A stretch of 63,749 nucleotides of DNA, the filler included, from Thraustochytrium aureum (taxonomy: Eukaryota): assembly GCA_012862495.1 (NCBI GenBank). It is 7 parts of 2 records of this genome, joined end to end, with 100 filler letters (N's around TTAATTAATTAA, not from the genome) between each part and the next. Parts side by side here need not be neighbours in the genome. Positions count along the whole stretch, not along the records: positions 1 to 27,012 come from BLSG01000181.1; positions 27,113 to 48,464 come from BLSG01000182.1; 5 more parts are not named here. One strand, 5' to 3'. Positions within the stretch are counted from its first letter, which is position 1; each line of letters opens with the position of its first letter. The translations under genes and the position numbers were made by a program. Positions 22,286-33,690 of this stretch are shown in pieces. A model generated the notes under the pieces. It worked only from the letters and a program-made list of their open reading frames with translations. It searched no databases and was not told where the DNA came from.

Positions 22286-23212
22286 TCAACTACCGGTAGG
22301 CTGTCCAGCACCTTTGGCAAGCTCGGCGACGCTCACAGCGAGAAACATTTTCTGGTCGTACTCGTGCTGCGCTTTGATTGCCGCATTCGCCTCCGCCACG
22401 AGCGCGTCTGACTTGAGGCGCGCTCTGTCGAGGCCTTCCATGCTGTCGAGGAGGTGGCTGATTTCGCGCGCGGCGACCTTGAGCGCTGGGACAACCTTGA
22501 GCTGGAAGTTGCGGTGCGAGAAGAAGAGATGCCACTGCTCGCGCTCCGCGTCATTTGGTGGTCGGACCCCAGTTAGGTGTTCTTTGAAGCGCTGCAGGCC
22601 CTTCTTCGGGCCATAGGACAGCCCAGCAGCCTCCTCAAAGGCTCTCTCGATCTGCTCCGAATCGGCCTTTGCACACGCGGCGAGAAACTTGTCGGTCGCG
22701 GCAACCTTGCTCATGCGCCCCTCGTCGAGCGCAGTGGCAAGCTCGAGCAGTGTTTCAATGATGGTCGATTCGAGCACGACCCACACCGCGAGTTTCTTGC
22801 CCTGGCCCGTGTACTGGACGCAAATTGCCGCCTTGCCCCTTTTCACGACAAAGTCGCGCACGGCATCCTCGAACGTGGACTTGCGCACTGTGTTGCCCTT
22901 TGCACGGTCGTCGTCGTGCGGGGTCCTTCTGTTGAACAGCTCGATGGCCTCCTGCTGCGCTTGGAGGATCTTTGGTAAAACCTTGGTTGTCTCTTCGAGG
23001 GCGGCGATAGCCAGGCTGCCGACTTCGCGTTCCTCCTTGACCGTACTAAAGGCGGCCCTGCTCATTCGGCTCGCAATCGTGACCAGCTCGTTAGACTCTT
23101 TGTCCAACCCGATAAAGTCCATTTTGTCACCTCGCAGCCTGAGCGCGTCGGCCAGTGTTTCTCTGACCTTGTCTTTGTCCAAACTTGAAATATTCTGCAC
23201 CTTTGCGAGAAA
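22286..23212 (-). CDS. Uncharacterised helical protein, 3' part only (5' end in N-gap); C-terminal FFSHRN domain
   Basis: About 300 open codons with protein-like composition; C-terminal ~140 aa aligns by eye with the ORF at 26545-27012. Confidence 0.75.
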   Translation of the reverse strand, partial: FLAKVQNISSLDKDKVRETLADALRLRGDKMDFIGLDKESNELVTIASRMSRAAFSTVKEEREVGSLAIAALEETTKVLPKILQAQQEAIELFNRRTPHDDDRAKGNTVRKSTFEDAVRDFVVKRGKAAICVQYTGQGKKLAVWVVLESTIIETLLELATALDEGRMSKVAATDKFLAACAKADSEQIERAFEEAAGLSYGPKKGLQRFKEHLTGVRPPNDAEREQWHLFFSHRNFQLKVVPALKVAAREISHLLDSMEGLDRARLKSDALVAEANAAIKAQHEYDQKMFLAVSVAELAKGAGQPTGS

Positions 23213-24295
23213 NNNNNNNNNNNNNNNNNNNNNNNNNNNNNNNNNNNNNNNNNNNNNNNNNNNNNNNNNNNNNNNNNNNNNNNNNNNNNNNNNNNNNNNN
23301 NNNNNNNNNNNNNNNNNNNNNNNNNNNNNNNNNNNNNNNNNNNNNNNNNNNNNNNNNNNNNNNNNNNNNNNNNNNNNNNNNNNNNNNNNNNNNNNNNNNN
23401 NNNNNNNNNNNNNNNNNNNNNNNNNNNNNNNNNNNNNNNNNNNNNNNNNNNNNNNNNNNNNNNNNNNNNNNNNNNNNNNNNNNNNNNNNNNNNNNNNNNN
23501 NNNNNNNNNNNNNNNNNNNNNNNNNNNNNNNNNNNNNNNNNNNNNNNNNNNNNNNNNNNNNNNNNNNNNNNNNNNNNNNNNNNNNNNNNNNNNNNNNNNN
23601 NNNNNNNNNNNNNNNNNNNNNNNNNNNNNNNNNNNNNNNNNNNNNNNNNNNNNNNNNNNNNNNNNNNNNNNNNNNNNNNNNNNNNNNNNNNNNNNNNNNN
23701 NNNNNNNNNNNNNNNNNNNNNNNNNNNNNNNNNNNNNNNNNNNNNNNNNNNNNNNNNNNNNNNNNNNNNNNNNNNNNNNNNNNNNNNNNNNNNNNNNNNN
23801 NNNNNNNNNNNNNNNNNNNNNNNNNNNNNNNNNNNNNNNNNNNNNNNNNNNNNNNNNNNNNNNNNNNNNNNNNNNNNNNNNNNNNNNNNNNNNNNNNNNN
23901 NNNNNNNNNNNNNNNNNNNNNNNNNNNNNNNNNNNNNNNNNNNNNNNNNNNNNNNNNNNNNNNNNNNNNNNNNNNNNNNNNNNNNNNNNNCATTCATTCA
24001 TTCAATGGCATTCATTCTTGGAGCTGTCGTCGCGGCGTTGATGCTGATGAGTTCAATCGTCACCTGGGCGCGCAGCAAGCCGCAGGCAGCAGGGGAAGAG
24101 CAGTGCACGTCTGCGCGAGTTGGGCGCGCGATCGTTTCGAGTTGGATGAATTGCCTTCGTCTGCTGTGGCGATCAATGTCTAGCCCAAGGGAGAGACTCC
24201 TCCCAATGACGCCGTTCACTTGATCTCGTGGCTTTGCGCGGAGAACGGCAGGGCGTATTGTGGCAGGTTTTCAGTTGCAGTGGCGCGTTGGCAGT

Positions 24296-26154
24296 TTATC
24301 GCGCGTCGAGTCTGATGAGTGCAGCGCGCAGCTCCTCGGAGAGACGGAACTGGTTGCCGTCCACAGATCGGATGTTCGCGAACCCGCTCAGACGCACAAC
24401 CCAGTCCGCGACGTCGTCAACGTCTTCTAGGTCGGGCTCGTCCGCATCGTTTTCGGGTTCCAGAAGCTCCTTCAATACCTGATGGTGGCGCTCGGTTTGG
24501 CGCAAGAACGTCGTCGCAGGCTCTTGCATGAATGGAGGCACTTGTGCGACGTAGGCCTCCACCGCTGCTGACAGCGCTCTGATGTAGTCGATCTCGTAGA
24601 TGATAGGCAAGGCAATGGTGCCATCGCTGAGCTTGGACGGGATTTCGGCACGTTGGGGCGAAAAGGAGCGCACGCGCGACAGGAAAATTCGAAAGTCCGC
24701 TCGGAAGTCGCTGATCGGCTCGTGTGTGATTCTGTGGTTCCGGCCGGACCCAGATGCAGTGCTTGATGAGTCGGGGACGCTGCCGCCCTCGCCAGAGTCT
24801 GATACAGCGTTTTGGCCGCTATCGTCGTGGCTTTCGCCGTTGCCTTCATCTTCAAGCTCTTCAGCTTCCTCAGCGTCGTCGTCGTCGGCTCGGTCTGCTT
24901 TGTTGGCTGGCGCTGTCCTGTCGCCGCACGCGGAGCGGGGATAGTCCTTTTGCGAGGAGTCTTGGTCGCCGTCCGCGTGAAAAAGCTCGCGACCCTCTTC
25001 TTGCACCGACTTGCCTTCGTCTGCGGGGGGCGAGGCGCCGCACGGCTCGCTGTTCTGTTGCAATTCGAACTGCTCGCAGGGGACGCTGGTCCCCTCAGAG
25101 TTCCACGTGCGCTGCCTCTTCTCCCTGTGAAAGGCGGCGCTCGCTCCATTGGCGTTGGCGAGCTGCCCCGAAGGACTTTTGGCATCTGCTTCTTCTGGGA
25201 GGTCTCCATCTTGATCTGGGAGGTCTCCATCNNNNNNNNNNNNNNNNNNNNNNNNNNNNNNNNNNNNNNNNNNNNNNNNNNNNNNNNNNNNNNNNNNNNN
25301 NNNNNNNNNNNNNNNNNNNNNNNNNNNNNNNNNNATCTTGCACTTCGAACAGTCGTTTCTTGGACGAGTTGAGCCTTGGGGTACTGCGCATGGCACTGGG
25401 CAATTCCTGCGACACCGGCAGCGCCATCGGCGATGGGCTGCTGGTGGATTGAGTGAGATCAGCAGTCGGCGAGGTGGCTGCTGCTAACGAGTGCCACTCG
25501 GCCTCTGTGCCAACCGAGCGCGGCCAGGCTTTGGGCGACATGCAGCTGGAGGGCGGCGGCGACACAACCGGGACCGCGCCCGGCGAGGCGCTGGGACTAA
25601 CTTGAGGACCGGCCGGCAAGCTTGTCGCTGCAGCCCCCGCCTGGGTCTTGGACGCAGTCGAGATGCTGTTCGCAGGATGCGGTCCGGCGATGCTACGCGC
25701 GCCGTGCATTTCAAGCCCGATCGCGGAGGGCTCTTGTGGGGGATTCGGTCTCTGCTCCTGATGATCAGCTGGAACGGTAGCACTTTTCTGGCGTTGGGCA
25801 GCGTCCGTGTCCCCATCTAGCCATGACCGTGTTGCACCTTTCGAGCTTTTGGCTCACTGCCCGCGGTAGCGCCAACCGCTGCCTCACTTTGCCGCCCACC
25901 TTGAATTCTTTGATGCGGCGAAGCGGGTCCAGCAATTTGAGCGCCGCCTCTGCAACGGGCTTGCCCTCGAAAATGAGTTGAAACGCCGCATCTTGGATCG
26001 CGCACAGAGCTATGATTTCGGCAAAGACTCTGCTGTTTGTCGTCTGGTCGGCCTTGTCCGCGGTGAGCTCCTCACGCAGGGACAGCCTGACCATCTTGGC
26101 CAGCCCATTCACCGCCAACTCCACCTCGCGCTTGCCAGCGATCTCGCTCGCCAT
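24296..26154 (-). CDS. Uncharacterised protein: helical N-terminus, disordered acidic middle with 21-bp DGDLPDQ repeats, helical C-terminal domain (probable frameshifts near 25820 and 25715)
   Basis: ATG at 26154 (MASEIAGKREVEL); successive overlapping minus-strand ORFs 25765.., 25484.., 25095.., 24296.. The joins are inferred. Confidence 0.55.
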
Positions 26155-26190
26155 CTCGGAGTCCTGGACCGCCCACAGCCTGCTGAGGCT

Positions 26191-26254
26191 TGACGTCCTG
26201 CCCGTCTCTTGACGTCCTGCCCGTCTCCGCCGCGTCTGACGTCCTGCCCGTCTC
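26191..26254. repeat. Three copies of the 18-mer TGACGTCCTGCCCGTCTC upstream of the 26154 start
   Basis: Copies at 26191, 26210 and 26237. Confidence 0.9.
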
Positions 26255-26544
26255 CGCCGCGCCTGCACCCTGGCGCCTCGTGCTCGCGATCGCGTTGCCC
26301 TGCTGCAAGGCGCACTTCGGGGTCTGTTTGCTTGACCTCCCGCTCGTGCGCTCAATCCGCTGGGCTCGCCGGTTCGCCAGTTCGCCCCTCACTTAGTGGA
26401 GGCATAGAAACGAAACGAAACGGCCGCATGTGGGACGACGACGAGCAAGTGCAAGGGGAGGGAAGGGAAAACGAAGCAGGGAAAACGAAGCAGAAGTGCT
26501 TTCAATCGATCGATCGATCGATCGATCGATCGAGAGAGAGAGAG

Positions 26545-27012
26545 TTAGTTGCCGGTACTCATTCGCGAAGTTACCGCGCCTGTCTTGATCGCGGTCGCGA
26601 CCAGGGCTCGGGCGTCGTACTTGAGCTGCTCCTTGATCGAAGCCTTGGAGCCGTCAATGAACGCTTTGGCCCTTTGCCGCGCCAGCGAGAGGGCCTTGTC
26701 AGTCGAGCTGAACTTGTCCGCGCGGTCGAGAGAGAGCTTGAAGCTCGGGATGATCTTGAACGGGAGGTTGCGGTGCGAGAAGAACTCGGTCCACTGCCCG
26801 AGCTGCTTGCCCGTGATCCGCTTCCCGAGCGCGAGGTGGTCCTTGAAGCGGTGCACGTTGGTCTTCTGGGACTCGGGCGCGTCGCTCCGACTGTAGCTGT
26901 CGAACGCGTCTACAAGGCGGCCGCAGGCGTTAGCGACGCAGACGTCGGCAAACTTGTTCGCGGCGCCCCCGCGTCGAGCTCGCCAGACTCTATCTCGGCG
27001 TAGCGATCGACC
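26545..27012 (-). CDS. 3' fragment of a paralogue of the 22286 gene (truncated by scaffold end)
   Basis: NKFADVC..DAF..VHRFKDHL..QWTEFFSHRNLPFKIIPSFK..SIKEQLKYD aligns with DKFLAAC..RAF..LQRFKEHL..QWHLFFSHRNFQLKVVPALK..AIKAQHEYD. Confidence 0.75.
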   Translation of the reverse strand, partial: GRSLRRDRVWRARRGGAANKFADVCVANACGRLVDAFDSYSRSDAPESQKTNVHRFKDHLALGKRITGKQLGQWTEFFSHRNLPFKIIPSFKLSLDRADKFSSTDKALSLARQRAKAFIDGSKASIKEQLKYDARALVATAIKTGAVTSRMSTGN

Positions 27013-27112
27013 NNNNNNNNNNNNNNNNNNNNNNNNNNNNNNNNNNNNNNNNNNNNTTAATTAATTAANNNNNNNNNNNNNNNNNNNNNNNNNNNNNNNN
27101 NNNNNNNNNNNN
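27013..27112. other. Artificial scaffold linker (44 N + TTAATTAATTAA + 44 N)
   Basis: Six-frame stop 12-mer at 27057-27068 flanked by 44 N on each side. Confidence 0.97.
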
Positions 27113-27173
27113 CGCCGGAGGGTTTTGCAAGAAGCTGTGCGACGATCTCGACTGGACCATCCTTACGAACGGC

Positions 27174-28195
27174 ATGGACTGTGGCATCGACGATGACCTT
27201 GAGGCCTTTCTGAGCGAGGTTTTCGTGGCTGGTCAGCAGGCCGGCGCAGGCCCGACCGGCTCAGACTCGCTCGAGATCCCCGAAGTGGACAACGTGTGCG
27301 CACCGCCACCCATGCCCACATCCGCCGCAACCCAGTTTGCGATGCAACAGCGCCAAGCCCAGCAGATCCAGGCCCAGGCGCAAGCCCACGCGCAGGCGCA
27401 AGCCTACGCGCAAGCCCAAGCCCAAGCGCAGTTTAGCAGCAGCAGCAGCAGCAGCACCATGATGCCCCACCTCATCTACCACCAGCAGCATCTGCAGCCG
27501 CAGTCGCACATGTACAGCTTTCCGCCGCGCGTCTTGGCTGCGCAAGAGTCTGCCGCACCAAAGCAGGAGGTGCAGTTCATCCAGTCGGCCACTTCGACCG
27601 GGGCCTCTGCTCACGACGACTGCGCCGGCTCGGTCGCCTCGGAGAGCGCCTGCTCGGTCGACAGCTCGACCGGGCGCAAAATCTACTACAGGCGCTCCTG
27701 GACGCCCGCGGAGGACCAGATGCTCATCAAGCTCGTCGAGGCGCACGGCCCGACACACTGGTCCAAGCTGCGGCCAGCATCCCTGGCAAGTCCGGCAACC
27801 AATGCAGCCAGCGCTGGTGCAAAGCGCTGGACCCGTCTATCAAGAAGGGCAAGTGGAGCCCTGAGGAGGACGAGGCCCTGCGCTGCGCCGTGCAGCGGAT
27901 TGGGACCAAGTGGAAGGCCATCTCGCGCCTCATCCCCGGCCGCACCGGCAAGCAGTGCCGCGACCGCTACACTGCCCGGCTCAACCCGGCGCTTACAACA
28001 GGGCGCTGGACTCCAGAGGAAGAGGCCATCGCCCTCAGCGCCTACGAGGTCCACGGCAACAAATGGGCCACCATCCAAAAGGCGCTGCCACACCGTTCCT
28101 GGTACACGATCAAGTGGAAGATCGAGTCGCTTACCAAGACCGGCTCTGCAGACGCCTCTTCCAACTCCTCGCCGGCCGCCGCTCCGCCATCATGA
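27174..28195 (+). CDS. Three-repeat (R1R2R3) MYB transcription factor with Q/A-rich N-terminus (frameshift near 27770)
   Basis: Repeats SWTPAEDQML..HWSK, KGKWSPEEDEAL..KWKAIS..PGRTGKQCRDRY, GRWTPEEEAI..HGNKWATI. Restoring one base at AAGCTG^CGGCC gives KLAASIPGKSGNQCSQRW. Confidence 0.92.
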
Positions 28196-28947
28196 GCGCA
28201 ACGCCGCCACGTATTCTGGTGCACCGATTTTTTTTCTTCGTGGACGTGCATGCTGTCGCGGGTTCAATTTTGCCCCCTTTTTTACTAGAGCCCGCGACGG
28301 CCTCTCGCGTCTACTTGCTTGGTGCTACTTCGCTTTGTAAACCCTGACCAATTTTTCACCATGTCTTGTTCATGTACGGCTCTGCTCGCGAGCCGAGTTG
28401 CTTCTGGGGCGTTGCGAGCGGCGTCGGGCTCTTGCGTCTTGGCCACCGCCCAGTCGGCGGACCTTGCTTTCAACCGACGATGCGATCTCCTACTGTTTGT
28501 ACGCAAGTGCCCAGTACAGTACACCACCACGCACCGTCTATCGTGGCATAGGGGGGGGCGGGCCTGTGCGCCCGCCCCTCTGTTGAACGCACCCAACGGA
28601 TACCTACAAACTGGCACGTTGGTTGACAGTGTGCCTCTGGAGCCTACAGTCTTGCAGTCAGAAGGTTTCGCCCAAGTGAAAAGCAACATCAGCGCGAGCA
28701 TCGCGACGCTACAGTAACTGAGCAGCAGCAGCAGCAGCAGCAGCCAGCAGCGGAGCCCCGAGTCCAACGCCAAAGCCACCACTGCTTCCTAAACCAGCAC
28801 GAGTCGCACGCCACATTCCGCAACCGAGCTGGGGAGGTTGCGCGCGTTAGCGGCTGAGCAACCAAACAAGACGTCGTGCGAGGGGGGCTGGGGGCGCTGG
28901 GGGAAAGGGCGCCGGCCTGGCAATAAAACGGCGCCACCCTGTCCACA

Positions 28948-30408
28948 ATGCCAGTGCAAGATGAGGCGCTCATAGGACAAGACTGCCCTGCGCGGTCCGC
29001 GGAGGACGTCGTATTCTTGACACTGTGCACCATACTGGTGCTGACGATGCAAGCCGGCTTCGCGCTCGTGGAAGCAAGCTGCGTCCGCACGACCAACACA
29101 GTGAGCATCTTCGTCAAGAACATGTTTGACATGGCGCTCTCCATGTTCGGCTACTATTTCCTCGGGTACGGGCTCATGTTTGGGTCGTCTCTTGGTGGCT
29201 TGCTCGGCTCGAGCGGATTCTTCCAAGCCGACGGGTTCGACGCCTCGAAGTGGGCCTTCCAGGCCGGGTTTGCGGCAACCGTTTCAACGATTGACTCGGG
29301 CTGCTGCGCAGAGCGAATGCGCTTGGGCGTTTACCTCGCACTGTCGCTTTTCATTTCGTCGTTTCTCTACCCTGTCGTGGGCCACTGGGTATGGTCACCT
29401 CAGGGCTGGCTCAACCAACTCGGCTTCATCGACCTGGCCGGAACATCTGCAATCCACCTGGTCGGCGGCTGCTCGGCTCTTGTCTGCACCGTCATGCTCG
29501 GGCCCCGCATCGGCTGGTTTAGCCAACCCATCCCAAAGGAGTTTGTCTGCATCCAGAAGACGCTGCAAATGTCCCACAGCGCGTTTTCGGGGGAGCCCCT
29601 CTTTGGACTCCTCGGTACGTTTATGCTCTTCACCGGGTGGCTCGGGTTTAACACAGGAAGCTTGTTTTCTGTTAGCCAAAACGGCTCGAGCGTCGGCCAC
29701 GTCTTGCTCACGACGCTGATGAGCGCCAGCGCTGGGCTCTGCGCCGCCTCGCTTCGCTGCATGTGGCGCGGCAAGGCGCTCCGGCCATCGAGGATGCAAA
29801 ACGGTCTCCTTTCCGGCCTTGTCGCCGTCACTGGCGCTGCTCACATTATTACAGGTCTCGAGGCTGCTTTGGTTGGAGCACTTGCTGGCGTTGTGGCCGA
29901 CATTGCCGTCAACAAGATCAAAAGGCTCAAGATTGATGACCCCGTGGGCGTGTTGCCTGTGCACCTTTCAAGCGGGGTGATTGGCACTGTCGTGCCAGCT
30001 TTCTTCGCCCATCAAATCGACTGCGCTGGGCAAAAGCCACCGCACGACGGACTCTTCTATGGCGGTGGGGCTCGCTTGCTCGGCGTTCAGCTCCTGGGCT
30101 GCCTCTCTCTGTCCGCGTGGTCGATCTTTTGGACCGCGTCGTTCCTTGGCGTTATAAAGTACGTTCTACGAAAGCCCCTCCGCGTCGAAGCGATTGAGGA
30201 GGTTCTCGGCATCGACGTGGTTTTGCACGGCGTCGATTCGTACCAGCGTATCAAGACGATGCACATCCTTCAGGAAGAGCTGCGAAGCATGGCCGACAAG
30301 GAGTTTGCAGCCAGGGTCGTGTCCAGTTCTGTAACTCGAAGCAACCGGGTCTTGCCAGACCAGAATACAGCAGCTACGAGCGCTGGTGCGAGCATTGTTC
30401 GAGCCTGA
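28948..30408 (+). CDS. AMT: Ammonium transporter (Amt/Mep family)
   Basis: MQAGFALVE, AERM, YPVVGHWVWS..GWL, DLAGTSAIHLVGG, LGPRIG, GWLGFN, IDDPVGVLPVH; both conserved His present. Confidence 0.97.
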   Translation: MPVQDEALIGQDCPARSAEDVVFLTLCTILVLTMQAGFALVEASCVRTTNTVSIFVKNMFDMALSMFGYYFLGYGLMFGSSLGGLLGSSGFFQADGFDASKWAFQAGFAATVSTIDSGCCAERMRLGVYLALSLFISSFLYPVVGHWVWSPQGWLNQLGFIDLAGTSAIHLVGGCSALVCTVMLGPRIGWFSQPIPKEFVCIQKTLQMSHSAFSGEPLFGLLGTFMLFTGWLGFNTGSLFSVSQNGSSVGHVLLTTLMSASAGLCAASLRCMWRGKALRPSRMQNGLLSGLVAVTGAAHIITGLEAALVGALAGVVADIAVNKIKRLKIDDPVGVLPVHLSSGVIGTVVPAFFAHQIDCAGQKPPHDGLFYGGGARLLGVQLLGCLSLSAWSIFWTASFLGVIKYVLRKPLRVEAIEEVLGIDVVLHGVDSYQRIKTMHILQEELRSMADKEFAARVVSSSVTRSNRVLPDQNTAATSAGASIVRA

Positions 30409-31187
30409 GGGACCCGGCCGCAGTCAGGATCCCGGTGCTTGGTCCCAGAAAAGGGACCGACCAGGGTATTCGTCTACCCGAGCCGGCGGAGATGGCCTTT
30501 GGGAGCGTGGTCGGCGGAACAGAAGCGTACGACGCTGCGGTCATGTGACCGACGTGAAATCCCGGTAGTTGATTGAGAAAACAGTAAGGTTCGGTGCGTT
30601 GCGCAGATTGGCTAGGTTTGCTTTACATTGGCGATTCCAGCAGCAAGCGCTCGCGCAAAGCCCGCCCGTGGTCGGCGCGCAGCTGCTCGGGCGACCAGAG
30701 CTTGAGCTCTCTCTCTAGCTAGCTCGAGCTCTCTCTCTACTAGCTAGTAGGTAGACACAGTAGCTCGACTAGCTCGTCAGCAGCGAGGTTGCGTTTCGCC
30801 CTGGCGCGTTCCCAACGGTCCAAACTCTGCGGCGACCTCTTCCTCGGCTGCCCGCTCGGCAAAGCGCACCAACGCACGCAGCCGAGAACAAGCCAAGTGC
30901 GGCAGGCCCGCCGCCCTTGTCGCCCTGCGCTCCGCGGACCGCCGACCGCGCGCGCGCAAGGCGGGTCGTTTCGGGCGGAACCATCTCAGACCGATTGCGG
31001 AACGGCATGATTGGCTGGCTCAGCCAGGCCGTGCTCCATTGCGAGTTGACGCGCGGCGAAGGCTTCGTCTCGGTCGAGCTGCGCGCGCGTTTGTGCGCGC
31101 TCGAGGACGACGGCGCTACTGATTCGGCAATCGCGGCGTGACGCCGGTTTCTCTTTCGCGAGGCATCTTTGCAGCTGGCGCAGGACG

Positions 31188-33222
31188 ATGAGCGACGAGC
31201 CCACCACGGGCGGTTTGCCCGCGGCCGTGCAGGAGGGCGTCGTGCCGCAGGGCTTTGAAACCATCACGGAAGGCAAGGCCACCGTGCTCACGGCGAAAGG
31301 CAAGGCCAACGCCTTCTACAACGAGGTGCAGATCAGGAACCGCGACCTCTCGACCCTGGTGCTCAACGAGTTTGCGCGCCAGCTCGAGGCCGAGGCCCTC
31401 GACCAGATCGAGCTGCGCAAGCAGGGCAAGCCGTGGCGCCGCACGCCGCGAACGTGGTCTACGTGGGGGCGCCAGGTCAAGCCTGTGGCGGAGGCCGCTC
31501 CAGCGAGTGCGCAGGACGAGGCCAGTGCAGGGCCGGCCGAAGCCAGTGCAGGGCAGCAGGATCGCGCAGCACCGGCCCGCCGCAGCTTTGAGTACCGCGA
31601 CGAGGGCCTCGTCGGGATGCGCGTCCTCGAGGCGCTCGCGGCAACCGGCCTCCGCAGCATCCGGTACGCCAAGGAGGTCGTGGAAGGCGTTGGCCTGGAG
31701 AAGATTGTCGTCAACGACGTCGAGGAGCACGCTGTCGAGTCCATCAAGCGCAACCCGTCTTTAACGGGCTTGCAGGTGACGAACGCTTCGCGCCCAACTG
31801 CGGCGACGCCATTATGCTCATGTACAAGCACCGGCTCAACCCTGACAGCAAGGTGGACCAGACCCGCGTACGGTCCTTCCTTTCGCAAAACAGCAAGCCC
31901 GCGGCCGGGGCCCCTGCTGCCGAGCCGGCCAGCGCTCCCTTTGACGTCATCGACCTCGACCCGTACGGGTCGCCAGCGATTTTTGTTGACTCGGCGCTCC
32001 AATCGGTGCGGGACGGCGGACTGCTCTGCGTGACGGCGACCGACCTCTCCACACTGTGCGGGAAAAACTCTGAAAACTGTTTTGCCAAGTACCACGCCAT
32101 GCCTTACAGGGCGGCCAACTTTCCGCACGAGATGGCGATCCGCATATTGCTCGGCTTTCTGGAAAAGCAAGCCAATGTCTATGGCCGGCACATCGTTCCC
32201 ATCCTCAGCGTGCACCTCGACTTTTACATCCGGGTCTTTGTCCGAGTGTACACGGACAAGAACGAAGTCAAGGCCACCGCGAAAAAGCTTGGGCTCGTCA
32301 TGCACTCTCGCGCATGCGACTGGNNNNNNNNNNNNNNNNNNNNNNNNNNNNNNNNNNNNNNNNNNNNNNNNNNNNNNNNNNNNNNNNNNNNNNNNNNNNN
32401 NNNNNNNNNNNNNNNNNNNNNNNNNNNNNNNNNNNNNNNNNNNNNNNNNNNNNNNNNNNNNNNNNNNNNNNNNNNNNNNNNNNNNNNNNNNNNNNNNNNN
32501 NNNNNNNNNNGACGCCCGCGGTCTGCCCCGAGACCGGCAAGGGCTTGGCCGTGGCGGGTCCGATTTGGGCCGAGCCCATCCACAACTTTGCGTTTGTTGC
32601 TGAGCTGCAGCGCAGCTTTGAGGCTCCGCGGCCCAGGGGCTTTGACGCCTCCAAACTCGGCGCAGCTGACTTTGTCCAGGGCGTGCTGCGGGCAGTGAGT
32701 GAAGAGCTCCCAGACGCGCCGCTCTACTACAGCTTGCCAGACATGTTCAAGACCGTGCACTCGGCCGTTGCGCCTACGATCAAGGTGCACTCTGCGCTGG
32801 AGAACGCCGGCTACGCCGCATCGCGGCCCCACTCGCAGCCCAACGGGGTCAAGACGAATGCTCCTGCCTCTGTCGTGTGGGACATTGTGCGCGCTTTCGC
32901 CAAAACGCAGCAGCTCTCCAACAAAGCAAAGGCGGATCCGACTTCGATGCGCATCCTCGAAAAGGAGCCTTCAATCCAAGTCGACTTCTCCATCACGCGC
33001 AACCAGCGCGCGCTGGCCAAGCCGGGCAACGCGACCGCGGCCCGGTGGAAGCCAAACCCAAAGCCCAACTGGGGCCCCAAAGCCCGCGCTCCGGGGTTTT
33101 CCGCGCAGCAAACGCACAAGCGCAAAGGGGTCGCACAGCCCGACGAAGCTACCAAAAAAGCCAAGCCAGGCGTGGACGGCGACTCTGAGGAACGCGCTGG
33201 CACGGATGACGCGACCGCATGA
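31188..33222 (+). CDS. TRM1: tRNA (guanine26-N2)-dimethyltransferase (frameshift near 31754; N-gap 32324-32510)
   Basis: FYNEVQIRNRDLS, RVLEALAATGLRSIRYAKE, FDVIDLDPYGSP, GGLLCVTATD, HEMAIRILL, DFYIRVFVRV, KTNAP..VVWDI, PNP.PNWGPKARA. Confidence 0.95.
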
Positions 33223-33690
33223 TCAGCGCGCAGCGCGCACCTGACCGGCACGGACAAAGAAAACGCAGATCGTCCATCGATTAGAAAGTTCCGCTCGCCT
33301 TTCCGAACGTGCGGGCACTCAGCTGCCAGGGGATGGGTCGCCCGGCGCCCCACGAGCAGAGACACCTGGTGGAACGAGTCCACCACCACCAGTTCCCACA
33401 GCGGCGAAGCGGAAACCATCGCCAAGTGTGGGGTTGCCATGCTCCACTCGATTCTGCAGTCACCGCTCGGGCCGCTGCAGCCCCCAACAGGACAACGCGA
33501 CTCGCTGCGTTTGGGAACTGCATCTCGAATTGTTTTGTTTTAACTACTGCGGTCCCGAAAGCGTCGAGTTGAGTCGCAGCCAGCAGCGCGGAGCTGCCAA
33601 GCTTGGACTCCAGGCGACCAGCACCTAAACTTTGCATCCTCGGCGCAGACACCTCGGTCGGTCTTGGGGCCTCTCGTTGTCCGATACTTG

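Noticed and set aside
26191..26254. Mini CRISPR array from the 18-mer repeats
   Set aside because: Spacers are 1 and 9 bp and themselves repeated; a simple tandem duplication.
27057..27068. TTAATTAATTAA as a piggyBac target, PacI-like element or biological repeat
   Set aside because: Always centred in exactly 44+44 N and cuts genes mid-ORF; it is an assembly linker.
31188..33222. TRM1 (and MYB, eIF2D, METTL7-like) as pseudogenes
   Set aside because: Single indels with otherwise intact motifs and no nonsense codons; sequencing error is more parsimonious.
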